Source: Lama guanicoe
Taxonomy: Eukaryota
Direction of reading: 5' to 3'
Assembly (NCBI GenBank): GCA_013239625.1
Contig: MU053933.1
Coordinates: 808,001-868,000, forward strand
DNA: 60,000 nt
Shown here piece after piece: positions 1 to 17,062 of the stretch (position 1 is the stretch's first letter; each line of letters opens with the position of its first letter). The notes below the pieces were generated by a model. It worked only from the letters and a program-made list of their open reading frames with translations, was not told the origin of the DNA and made no database searches. The translations under genes were made by a program, and so were the position numbers.

Positions 1-460
1 GCGAGCAAAGAGAAACCAAGAGGTGCTTCACCCGTGAGTGGCGACACCCAGTAGAAAGTACAAAGTGCTTTATAAATGTTACCTTCATAAAACCTACCCA
101 AAGGCGTGGAATTGAGGGAAATCCAACATGGATTAAAGATGCTTTTTTGAACTGATGGTTAACAGAATTGCAAAGTATAGGTCCTCTTTGGTTTGCTTAA
201 AAATTTTTTTTCTCTTTATAAAAGTAATGTATTTATGACAAAAATTTGACTTAGTCAACACCCACAGTCAAATTAGCCAGAAATAAAACTACCCATAATA
301 CTTTGATGTAGTCTCTGTAACCTTGTTCTTAAAAGAGATTTTAAAAATAAAAATCCCATCGTAATTACACACACTGACTCGCGCTTTACTGTCACTCAGC
401 GAGAGGGCACGCACCGCCCCCCGGGGGAGGTCTGCCCGGCTCTGTCATACTTTCTGCTCA

Positions 461-6211
<5,751 letters not shown>

Positions 6212-8057
6212 GGCCCCGCCCCAATCGGGATCTCCGCCGCTGCCTGCGCCTCTCTAGCAGGTAGGTACCAGCAGCCTGCACCGCCGCGTCCGCCGTCGCC
6301 ATGGACACGCGGCCAGCCCCGCCCCTCTCCTGGTGTGGAGGGAGGAGAGGAAAGGAGCAGGAAGGAGCCGCTGTTAACCTTCGGATACTATCATAGCAAC
6401 GGGACGCATCCGCCAATCGCTGCCTGGGAAGAGAGGGGTGGGACCCGGGGCGGGAGGGGATGGGGAGGAGCCACGGGCTCCTTTCGCTGCTGTCATAGCA
6501 ACGGTAAGGGGCGTCTTGGCCAATCGTCACCCAGGAGGAGGGAGTGGGGGGGCCTGAGGAGCACCGAGAACTCACCTGCTCTCTAAGCTGGACGCCACAT
6601 GGCTGGCCCTTTTAACCGGCTGCTGGGTGATCCTACAACTAGACGCCACCTTCGGATCAGAGGCCTAAAGAGGAAGGGTGCAGGAAGCGCGTTGGGCTAG
6701 CTCTCATAAGGGTTTCACCGCTGCCCGGAGCTGGGCACCATCCCTTTCCAGCCCCAGCCCTCTGCTTCTCGTGTCCCTCGGGACCTGCCTGCTTCTCCTC
6801 ACCTTTCTTGGCCCTTCTGATCCTTTGGTGTTGGCAGTCCACAGAGATGTGCTCTTCGAGATCTTCTGTCGTGTTTATAAGCATCTCCTGACTCAAGGAG
6901 TCAGCTCTGACCACTTAGCAGATGCGGGTCTACCCTGATGCCCTTCAGGGTTTGACATCCCTCCTCTACCCTGGATGCGAGTCTAGCCCCTTCGGGTCCC
7001 ATATGGAGCTTCACTCCCTCACGCACTCCAATAGAGTCAGAGGCGCGCGCACACTTAACCTGCGCATTCACACTCACTCGCTGTCGTTAATGGGTCCCTC
7101 CTCCTGGCTTCCCTCTAGTCATCTGATACTCTGCCTGCCCAGGGCCCCTCATGATCTCCTTCCCAATTCCTCTGTCACCACCACCGACCTAGGCCTTCTT
7201 ACTACCCCTGTAAACTCTGGCCATAGCCTCTAATTCAACCTCTCGTCTCCAGCCTTTGGCACTCAGCACCTCACACTCCCTCTACTCAGAAACCCAAATG
7301 CAGCCCAGACTTGCTCACCGGCATTCAGTCTCTCCATGTTCACAGCCCAAGTCCTCTTCTCAGCAGCATGGCCCACCATCCCCAACCTCTACTTGTCACG
7401 TGCTTCAGACAAAATAGACCCCAGGTACTTCCCCTAGATACATCCCTCACTTCCCTACTTCTATGCCTTTGCCTGTGCCATACTCTCTTCCTGGAATGTT
7501 TTCCTTCCCCCATCCCTGCCTATCAGAAAGCACAGCCATTTTTCAAAGACTGGCCAAGGGACCACTCCCAGAAAAAGCTTCAAATTCAGGATAGGGACAC
7601 CCTCGGGGAGGGAGAGGGGAATGGGCTGGAAGAAAGAGAAAAGGACTCAGCTCTGTGTATCATCTATTTTGTCTGCCATCCATCCATCTATCTATTTTAA
7701 AGGTGAGTGGCAAAATGTTAAATTTAATTTTAACTGGTTTTTGTTTTATTAGTATACATTAACCATATTTCTGTGCAGTTTTTTTTTCACTCTAAATATC
7801 GGACACCTCCTTCCTGCAGCTTCTAGTGATCCTTCAAGTCAGCTGCACTCACTGTCTCTCCCTTAATTCCCATATACCTTGAGCCAAGTTCTGTCTCCTG
7901 TAATCATCACCTGGGTGGCTGTCTGATTTCCGGATACTCAGGAGCCATGCCACCCTCATCTTTGTCTCCCCCACAGCACCTAGAAAAGTGTTTTGCACCC
8001 AGTGGATGCTCAACCAAGCCACTGAAATCCAGTCTATACAGGCCTTTAGATCCCTGA

Positions 8058-8660
8058 TGAGATGTAAAAACGTTCTTCCTTTATCATTTTTACTTAAAAG
8101 ATTCTCTATTTTATATGCAGAAATAAACAAAGAACACCCAATAGAACAAGCAAAGACTACTTATTCAGGGCTTGCTACAGCGTAGGAGTCAGCCACCATC
8201 ACTTGCATTTTGGCAGAGACTCAAAGGCAGGCAGAAGAGTGGGGAAGCTTTACAATGGACAAAAGGAAAGGGTTCATGTGGGCCCTGACTGGAGGCTGCG
8301 GGCGTAAGGAGGCTGCAGGAGGGCTCACTGGAAGCAGGCATCTTATGTGATTGGTTAGGATGAAAATTCAGCTTTCTCTGACTGGGTCCTAAGTTGGAAG
8401 TGGGGACAAAAGTTAAGGAAACTCTGTTATTAATTAAGTCCTGGCCATTTGAAGCCAGTTGTTATAGGGGTTGTTGTTTGTTCCTGGATCAGCTACTAGG
8501 GACAGCAACCTGACTTTCTACAAGTCTGACCTGCAGGAGTCTGGCTTCCTGGGATGGTTGTTGTAGATAATGAGCTGGTTTCCTGCGCTTGTGGCTGTAA
8601 GTTGTGGATCCGAGTTCTATTTTTATAGATGGTTTGACCATTATACACTTGTATATTCAA
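8058..8660 (-). mobile_element. Probable ERV-type solo LTR
   Basis: ~600 bp LTR-like block with TG...CA-compatible ends; family not determined. Confidence 0.45.
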
Positions 8661-8867
8661 TTCCCAACATACAAATAAGTGTGTTTCATTTTAAATCTGA
8701 ATATTGCATGGTGTCCTTAGTTGCTTTTGAGATTTAATACCCTCAACAGTAATAACCTGATCATTTTATTTATTTAAACCCAATATTGAAGTATTTTTAA
8801 AAATTGATCTAAATGGAGGGAAAATAGTTCTTAAAGTCATCATTGTTTGCTGGAAATATTACTCATT

Positions 8868-9025
8868 TAGAGCCAGAATCCCTAAGTTCAAATTCCCATG
8901 GTCTACTAGCTTTGGTGACCTCAGGCAACTCACCTGCCCTCTGAGCCTCAGGTTCCTATTCTGTAAACTGAGAGGAATAAACCCTTACAATCTCAAAGAG
9001 CTGCCCTTGGGATCAAAGATGATAT
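8868..9025 (+). mobile_element. MIR SINE
   Basis: Core gtgacctcaggcaactcac...ctctgagcctcaggttcctattctgtaaa. Confidence 0.75.
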
Positions 9026-9709
9026 TTTATTAATGTACTGTTATTTCTTTGTGATAGCTACATAATGCTAACAACAAAGATATCACAAAGAAGTTACATA
9101 TTATTAATAGAAAGTTCTCCTCACACTGACCTCAAGGTGTATTGTGTGACGTTGGGGTGGGGGAGGGGCTGGAGGAGGGTAGCAGGGACTGAGTAAACAC
9201 AAGAGTTTCATCTTGCTGGTAGCATATGGAGACCAAATCCATGAGGTGAAGAGGTGAATAACCCACAGGTCTTCCAGAACACATACACCCTGTGTACCTT
9301 TCCCTCAGAACCAATAACATAACAGAAGGTTGCAATCTTAACCGAATCTCAGGCCCAAACCCATTAACCCATCACTCTCTGAACAAAGAAACAATGTACA
9401 AGTGAATCAATACACAAGACCCGACAATCATATTGTTAGTTGCAAAGATAAGAAGGTCATAAACACCCCCCACAATTAAGTTTTTCTTATGGGGAAAATG
9501 TTGGGACTTTAGAATAGATGATGGTTATTTTCTTCTTTATACTTGACAGTTGCCACATCCACTACAATTGAGCATGTTTTTTTTATAATAAAATCTCAAA
9601 ATATTTTTAAATATTAGAAATCTGGAATATAATCAAGAATACACAAATAAATACCATCTTTTTGCACATAAAAGTAAACGTCATAAGTTCAACTTTCAAA
9701 TGTTCACAA

Positions 9710-9928
9710 TGACAGTAACTAATGTCTGTTAAGTCCTGACTCTCTGCAGTGTTTGTAGAATTTTATATGAATTATCTTAAGTCCTCACTGTCATTTCTCC
9801 ATTGTACAGCTAAGGAACAGGAACCACAGAGAGGTAAAGACATTGCTCAGAATCATACAACCAGAGATTCAACCTATGCCACCCGACTCAAGAGCTATTG
9901 CTGTTAATCACTCCACCCTACTGCCTCC
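9710..9928 (-). mobile_element. MIR SINE
   Basis: ccattgtacagctaaggaacagg...agagaggtaaagacattgctcagaatcatac. Confidence 0.7.
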
Positions 9929-10439
9929 CAGACCGCCAATTTAAATGAATAACTATGGTTTTCTGGGAGTGATCTTAACCATCTACTAAACAGAGAACCA
10001 CTGGCTCAAAGAGGCTTCGACTGAAAAAACCAGAAAGTGATTTAAGCGTACTGTGTTCTGGATCACGTCATAAGCAGCTGGGTGCCTACCCACTGAGCTA
10101 CTGAATCCTAAAATTTACAATTTGATTTACGTCTTATGCAAATTAGTCAGAGTTCCCCACAAAACTCTGTCAGTCAATCTATAGTAATTTCACTACACTG
10201 CAGGTTTAGCAATTGTCCAGACAAGACCAGACCAGGCGTCCAGAACAGCAGGACTGGCCTCCCAGCTCCCACAGCAGCAACTAGCCCAGATTCCAAACTC
10301 CTCCTTCCAGAAGGAGGCTGCTCCCGGGCTCAGGTTGGGCAGAGAGCCTCACTCACTCTCGTGAGAGACCTGGGTAGTCCCAGAAAGACTTCATTAGGCC
10401 AGTCTGACAGCTGTCATCCCCAGACCCCGTGACCCCTAA

Positions 10440-11180
10440 CCCTCAGGTGACCCGGAAGTGCTTGGTGCCCACAGAGGCAGGGCTTTCAAGCTCCGAAGGC
10501 CTGCAAAATGTTCGCATAGCTCATCCTCTTATTTTATTGAGGTAAGTGAGAGGCAAAAAGGTGAGGCCATCACTAGGACGGGGTTTCTTCCCTGGAAAAA
10601 AGAGGAATTCCTCTCCTACCTCTTAACCTTGCCAAGGAGGCACTTCCCATAATCCACCAGTTGGCCCTTCCCACCATCCCCCCGGGAGGGGTTTCCCATC
10701 ATCTCCCAGGGGCGGTTTCCCATCATCCCCCGGCGGGGTTTCCCATCATCCCCCAGCAAGGAGCCTGCGCAGGTAAGCCCAGCGGGGAGAAGGGAGGGGC
10801 GAGGCCGAGTGGAGAAGGTGAGGGGCCACGGTGCCCTCGCGCTGCCTTCCTCCAGTAAGAAATTTTTTTTTTTTACGTCTCTTAAATATAAATGAGAGAG
10901 ACCCACCTCTCTCCCCCTCCCCCTCCCCCAACAAACAGAACAAGTAAAGGAAACGCAGTCAGGGGCTGGACGTGGTTCTGCGCAGCGGCGCGGCAGGGTG
11001 TCTCTTGCGTCCACGGTGGGACGCCGGGCGGGGAAAGCGTCTCGGAGCCGCCCGGGCCGCTGCCTGCCTTCCACACCTTTCTGACCACCTCCAAGCTGGG
11101 CTGCCTGGCAGTTGCCATGGCGACTGGCTGAGTCCCTGAGCCCGCGCTGTCTGGACCATCCAAGACAACGCAGAGAAGAG
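10440..11180. promoter_or_regulatory. Distal promoter/enhancer-like CpG patch (candidate alternative SLC37A1 promoter or RSPH1 enhancer)
   Basis: CCGGAAGTG 10452-10460; donors GAG|GTAAGT 10542 and CAG|GTAAGC 10773; X-box GTTGCCATGGCGAC 11111-11124; local CpG enrichment. Confidence 0.6.
10639..10757. repeat. Five-unit 23-25 bp minisatellite (core TTCCCATCATCCCCC)
   Basis: Units begin at 10639, 10663, 10688, 10712, 10735. Confidence 0.85.
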
Positions 11181-11425
11181 GCCATAAGAACTGAGGCAAT
11201 TCAGGAAAATGAAAATAGAGTTGTTGTTGTTTTTCAGTTTGTAGCAACTATTCAGAACAAAAGCAGACCTTGACCAAAATGAATTCAAGCGCATCTTAAC
11301 TGTAGAAATGTGAGGCTATTTACTACTGTATTCTTCCAAATTGAACTGTTACGTATATGCACATATATAAACGTATACTAAACAGATGTGTAGATATAGA
11401 TTGATGTAAAAACACAGGAATTGCC

Positions 11426-11527
11426 ATTTATTTATTTATTTATTTGTTAAATGGAGATATTGAGAGTTGAACCCAGGACCTTCTGCATGTGAAGCACATG
11501 TTCTACCACTGAGCTATATACCGTCCC
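11426..11527 (-). mobile_element. tRNA-derived camelid SINE (Vic-1-like)
   Basis: Reverse complement gives tatagctcagtggtagaacatgtgcttcacatgcagaaggtcctgggttcaa (A/B boxes) with (TAAA)n tail. Confidence 0.85.
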
Positions 11528-11611
11528 TACCCTACCCTGCCCTCTCTCCCACCCACCCCAACTTCTTTTTTAAAAATAGAGGTTTTATGGCATTTAGTAG
11601 GTAAGAGTAAG

Positions 11612-11790
11612 ACTCAGATTTGAAATCCTACCTCTGTTTGCTTCTTTCTGAAGCCAGTTTGTCCATCTGTAAAATGGAGGTTCTAGTTAACTGCCCTTAT
11701 AGAGCTGTGGTGAGGTTTAAATAAGATGTTTATGATGAGCTTAGCACGTGCCTAGCATACAGTAAGGCACATGGTAAATGTTAACAATCA
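11612..11790 (+). mobile_element. MIR SINE
   Basis: tttgaaatcctacctctg...cagtttgtccatctgtaaaatggagg...cttagcacgtgcctagcatacagtaagg. Confidence 0.75.
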
Positions 11791-12570
11791 TCATTAATGA
11801 TTACACTGTTGTTACTCAGCACTTGGTAAATGTTAGCTATTATTATTAATAATTATGCTGTTGTTGCTCATAGAATAACCAAACACATTTTGTCTATCAA
11901 TAGGTCTTTGGGGAAGTTTTGACTCCAGTTTATCTTAATCATTTCCTGTTGTGTCTTCCTGAAGAGGATCAACTGCCAAAGATAGTTCAGCCAGGTAATT
12001 GTGACGACTGGAAGTTAGTCTGTGAGAAACTGATTTTGTTTAATGTTTATATTCATTAGCACTAATACACATGAGGGTGGGGAGAGACAGAAGGTTTTAG
12101 AATATACAGACAAGTAGATTCTTAGGTGTAAGAAGCTCTTTTAATTGAGGTTATGTCCCATTTAAAAGTAGCAACCAGTGAGGAAGAAATAGACACACAC
12201 ACAAGCACACACCCCTACACACCTGCCTGAGTTACACAGTTTAATGAAAGGATACTGAGAATGCTTCTGTCAGGAAAGGAAAACAAATTCTTTTCCACCC
12301 AGGTAGTGGGATTATTCAGTATTCAACACAACCAGTGGATAGACAGGTTAGTGGAGTCAGCCGGTTGGAGACAAGCGATGTCAGGCACTTGGGCAGACAG
12401 GCATTTCGTGTTGGGCAGCAAGCTCTGCTCCCCTCCCCCTCCTCACAGTACAGTGCTTGGCATGTAGGAACCACTCAGCCAGATAAGCTTGTCATAGTGG
12501 TGTTAAGTAGCAGTTTGCAACAGAGTTGTACTTTATGCAATATTTGGAAAATTTTAAAACGAATAAAGTA

Positions 12571-12750
12571 GGAGGGTGGGTGTAGCCCAGTGGTAGAGCT
12601 CATGCTTAGCGTGTGCGAGGTCCTGGGTTCAATCACCAGTACCTCTATTAAAAAAAAGAAGAAGAATTAAAAAAAGATAAAGTAGGGGGATATAGTACAG
12701 CTCAGTGGTAGAGCACGTGCTTAGCATGCATGAGGTCCTGGGTTCAATTT
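12571..12750 (+). mobile_element. Two tandem Vic-1-like SINEs (12571-12676 and ~12685-12750)
   Basis: Two copies of agc(c/t)cagtggtagagc...tgcttagc...gaggtcctgggttcaa; first has an A-rich tail. Confidence 0.88.
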
Positions 12751-13611
12751 TTTAAGAGGTAAAGTATATACATTTTTCATTCTTTTTTCCTTCTAGTTCA
12801 TTATCTTTTTTTTTTTATTCTCCTTAAATCAGATTCCATTTCCAGGGGCTCTCTCAGTACATTAGTTAAAAAAAAACTATGGCTGAGTGTGTACTGGGTC
12901 CCTGGGTCATATACTAGGGGGCTTTGAGGAAATGAGAAAATTATAGACCCATCTGGGGCAAATTTGACATTAATCCATGCTGTTAAACAAATTACCCCAA
13001 ACTATGATACATAATGACTACATGTTAGTCCATTCTAAAACGAATGTCATTACTCCCCAGTGATTGTTTCCGCATTTGATATTACCCATGACCTTGCTGT
13101 GGCCAGTGGTGATGGTGGGAGATCCCACGGTACAGGGGCCGCACATTCCAGGGCCTAAGGATGGGTCTGTTTCTTTGAGCAAGGAGCAGGGGAGAAGGCT
13201 GCAGGCTGAGTGAAGCATCTACCCCTCCCAGAATGAGGCTCACCCTGCCCACCTTGCAGGAAGTCAGAAGGGTCAAATAAGATAATGAGCCTGAAAATAC
13301 TCTGGCAGCACCAGGTGCTGTAGATGTAATGTGTATATTTAACTCAGTTTTAAAAGTCATTGATTATATAATATTTGACGCATATGAAGAATACACGTTC
13401 ATGTGTGCCAGTGATGGAGCAAACTCATGCAGTGAACACCTGTGAACCTGCTCCCCTCAGAAGGAGATGAATGAGGAAGTGGAGAGAATCACCACGAACA
13501 TCTGAGCACGTAGGTCTCTGTCCGCATCTCAGACCCAGCTCTGTAGCTCAGTTATGTCGAGTGAAGAGTTCCTGGGCCAGTAGCACGGAGCCTTAAGACT
13601 AAGCACCTTGG

Positions 13612-13770
13612 AGAGGGAGGGCAGAGCTCAGTGGTAGTGTGTGCTCAGCATGCACAGGGTCCTGACTTCCATCCCCAGTCCCTCCATTAAAAATAAATAA
13701 ATAAACCAATTACCTCCTCCCTCCCAAAAATGTAATGAAGTTTTTTAAAAAAGCGTTTTTAAAAAAAACG
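13612..13770 (+). mobile_element. Vic-1-like SINE
   Basis: gagctcagtggtagtgtgtgctcagcatgcacagggtcctg...ccattaaaaataaataaataaaccaattacctcc. Confidence 0.85.
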
Positions 13771-13803
13771 CTGAATAACCCCTCCCACTGTGTTGTGTTT
13801 CAG

Positions 13804-13862
13804 AGCGCTGGCGGCCAGGCCCCCCCTCCCCGGCGGTGAGGGCCACTGCCCCCTTGGTGGAG
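13804..13862 (+). other. Candidate 59-nt non-coding exon (possible SLC37A1 5'UTR exon of a distal-promoter isoform)
   Basis: Acceptor tgttgtgtttcag, GC-rich body, consensus donor GAG|GTAAGT. Confidence 0.5.
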
Positions 13863-16742
13863 GTAAGTCATTTTTCTACTTTGCTAATTTGTTGGGCAAA
13901 ACCACACCTCCTAGTGCCTTTTCTTTGTATTTCCTTGATTATTTGTGAAGGTGAGCACTTTTCCCAGAGGCTTACTCTACACCTGCATTAGCTGTTGTTA
14001 ACTGTTTAGACCCTGTTTCTCCAGGACACCCTCACAGATCCACATGCATTCTCTCTGAACTGCAGTGCCCATGTTCTCCACCTGGGGACAGTTCTTTAGC
14101 ACCAGTACCTTCCCTTGGTGTCCCCTCCTTGGGGACGCCTTTCCCAGCTGCTTCGAGCCGCTGCGGACCCCTCCACTGGGCGTCTCCCTGCTCAGCTGTG
14201 ACTTGCGTTTCCAGGTCAGCCTCCCTGAGCGCCCCTGGGCCTTGACCCCACAGTCCAGCACAGAGCCAAGGCTCGGATTACTAAAAATTAGTGAATGCCC
14301 TTGGCAAATTGGGAACCTACAGTAGAGCATAAAGAAGAAAGTGAAGATGACCAATGACGCCGCCTCCTAGGGACGGCGGTGCAGGTGTCTGGTCCTCCTG
14401 GGCTCTTGAACACGGATATATTTGTACTTAACTGAGTCGTTTCATTGATCACGTGCTGGTACCACTTACTATCATGTGGTGAACGTGTCCAAACTTCTTC
14501 ATAAGTGTTTTAAAAGACTGAATGGTATTTCACCTTAAGGACATACCAAAATTATCTTGACTCAATCAAAGTTTGATAAAGAATGAGTAGAAATGTTTAA
14601 TACCAGTTTGAAGGAGGTAGGGGGCACTACGTGAGAAGGTTGTACTCTGTTGCGTTATTAAGAAAACACTGTTTCAGGCGTCTTTTTTGATTCCTTGTTG
14701 CTCCCTGCTCTGGGACGCCTGCCCAAAGCCCTGTCTTGGCTCTGGGCACTGGCCCTTCCTCTGTGGCTCTGGCATGCCCGCTTGCTTTTATGGCTTCCTC
14801 TCCTCCCCAGGCCTGGTTTTTGATGATCTAGCTGCTAGAACAAGCCTCTAAGTGGTTGTGGACCAAATACAGTTGTCAGGAGAGCTCACCAAGTCATTTC
14901 CCTCCCCCTCCACAAAGAGGAGAGTCAGGAAGGTTGTAAACCAGGCTGGTAGTTTCAGGTTTCCTAAGACTGGCACCCACGCCATCTGAGTGCTGAGATG
15001 CAGCACAGAAAAGAACTGGGCTGGGATCTGCTCTGGTCCACACTAGGCCCCTGGCCATCACCTCTAGGCAGTGCTGGAACCCGTCAGCTTAGTCCTGTTT
15101 ATCTGTTGCACTGCGTACAGAGTCTCAGTGCAGGGACCCTGGAGGTTTTCCTTAACAGAAGAATGGAAATGTAACGATGCGCATTTATTCAGCAAGATCA
15201 GTTTGGTGAAGACAACTCCATTTCCTTTCATTGGTTCCCTTGTGTTTGATTCATAAAAATCATAACATAGAAAATGCATGCTTTTTTTTCCTTAAAGAGT
15301 TTTTAAATTGTTAAAACCAAAAAATGTGTAACCTATAGCACTGAGGGGGATTTTTAGATTCTGTGGCTTGAGGTTCTCTGCAGTTTTGTCCCAACTAGAT
15401 AGTGAGCTCCGGAGAAGGGCACCCACCCGATTCATCTCTGTCACAGGGACAGTGTCTCACAGGTCAGAGCACCCAGTGACCCGCCTCAGAGGAGAAGGCG
15501 CTGAGGCGCAAAGAGGTAGAGAGTGTTCCAGCATGACACATCCAGTAGGTGCGGCGTCCGCACAGCAGGGGCCGCGGGCAGCGGGGGATTCTGCCCTCAG
15601 CTTGCAGGGAGAGCAGGGGCCGCAGGCGGCAGGCTCCACTTCGGCGCCCCCCACGTGACGTGGCGGTCCTGCGGCCTCTCTCTGAGGCTCCTGCGTCTGC
15701 CAGCAGGAGGGCCGCTGTGATGCACAGGAACTTCGCGGGTATATTTGGTTTTAAAACCTCTTTTAGCTTTACGCCACATAACCAGCCCTTAACAGAAGTT
15801 ATATTAAAGATGAGGAAGCAGTGAATCAAACTCCATTTTTTTAGGAGAAAAATGGCAAATCAACAAAATAAGCTGATAAAAGGGACTTTGTAGCTCTCTC
15901 CTACCATCAGCTCCCAGCACGTGTCCTCAAATGATTACATATTCACACCAACTCATATTCACACTAACTCATATTCACACTAACTTGCTGTGCTTTCCAG
16001 TAATGGAGCAGCTGCAGTGTCTTGCTCTGACTCACTCTCGTGGCTGGTCAGTCAACAACCAAGGTTTAATGAGTGTCTCTGATGTGCCAGGCGCAATTCC
16101 AGGAAGGATTCACTGCAGGACAGAACAGGGGGTAAATTTCTGCCCTCGTGGAGCCCACATCCTGACACACGCCCTCCTGCACCCGCTGATCAGCCCTGGG
16201 GAGTCACAGCAGGAAAAGAGGTGCTCAGGAGAGTGACGTGGCATCCCCAGGGTCCCCCAGTGCTAAGTGTGGAGTCAGCCTTTGAGCCTGCATCTTCAGA
16301 TCCCAGGCCCCCAGCTTTCCTGCCAGGCCACGATACTCTGTGGGGTCAGGGCTGGCGTTCAGAAAGATGATCCCAAGTGACAGCACAGAAGAGATACCGC
16401 AGCCAATAAATTGCATTTATTACTGAGTTACATGAGTCTGGTTTCAGAAAGGATTTCAGTTTTAAGGATGAAAAACTAACGATTTCAACCATAGGAGTTA
16501 ATAGGGGAACTAGAAAACGTAGCTGTCTGGAGGAGCCCAGGGCCCGGCCTTCCTGTGACCGCGGTGAGTGCCGAGGTCATCAGTGTAGGCTGTTGGGGGA
16601 CTGTCCCCCTGTGGTGAGCAGGGCAGATTCAGCCAACGGGGCAAAGAGCCTCCTCGTGCACGGCCAGAACTTCCCCGGATCCGTGCTGTCTGGGAGAAGA
16701 TGGGTGAGCGTGTGCTAAGGTTTGGTAGAGAAGACATGAGTC

Positions 16743-17062
16743 CAGTTGTCCCTTGGTTTCTGTGGGAGTTGGTTCTGTGCCCACCAACCCCTACCTTGGC
16801 AGGTACCTAAATCCAAGCACGCTCAAGCCCCTTATGTAAATGGTGTTGCATTTGCACGTAACTTACACACATCCTCCCATGTACTTGAAATCTCTAGATT
16901 ACTTACAACACCTAATGCAGCGCAAAAGCTGTGTAAGTGGCTGTTGGTGTGTGGCAAGTTCAAGTTGTGACTCTGGAGTTCTCTGGAGTTTCTGTCCAAG
17001 TATTTTCCGTCCACGGTTGGTTAAATCCAGATGCAGACCCCGAGGGTACGGAGGCCCCACTA
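16743..17062 (+). mobile_element. MER2-like TcMar-Tigger non-autonomous DNA transposon
   Basis: cagttgtcccttgg...gctcaagccccttat...cacatcctccc...ctctagattacttac...cggttggttaaatcc with degenerate terminal inverted repeats. Confidence 0.8.

Noticed and set aside
10136..10143. Octamer ATGCAAAT plus Staf-like sites as an snRNA-gene distal element
   Set aside because: About 500 bp from the Staf-like array, no PSE or snRNA body recognised, and another octamer occurs near 4276
10639..10757. Regular ~24-bp repeats suggesting a CRISPR array
   Set aside because: No unique spacers, no cas genes, mammalian context; it is a minisatellite
12571..12750. tRNA-like sequences with A/B boxes (also 11450, 13612, 34850)
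   Set aside because: Degenerate, with A-rich tails and TSDs: tRNA-derived SINEs, not tRNA genes
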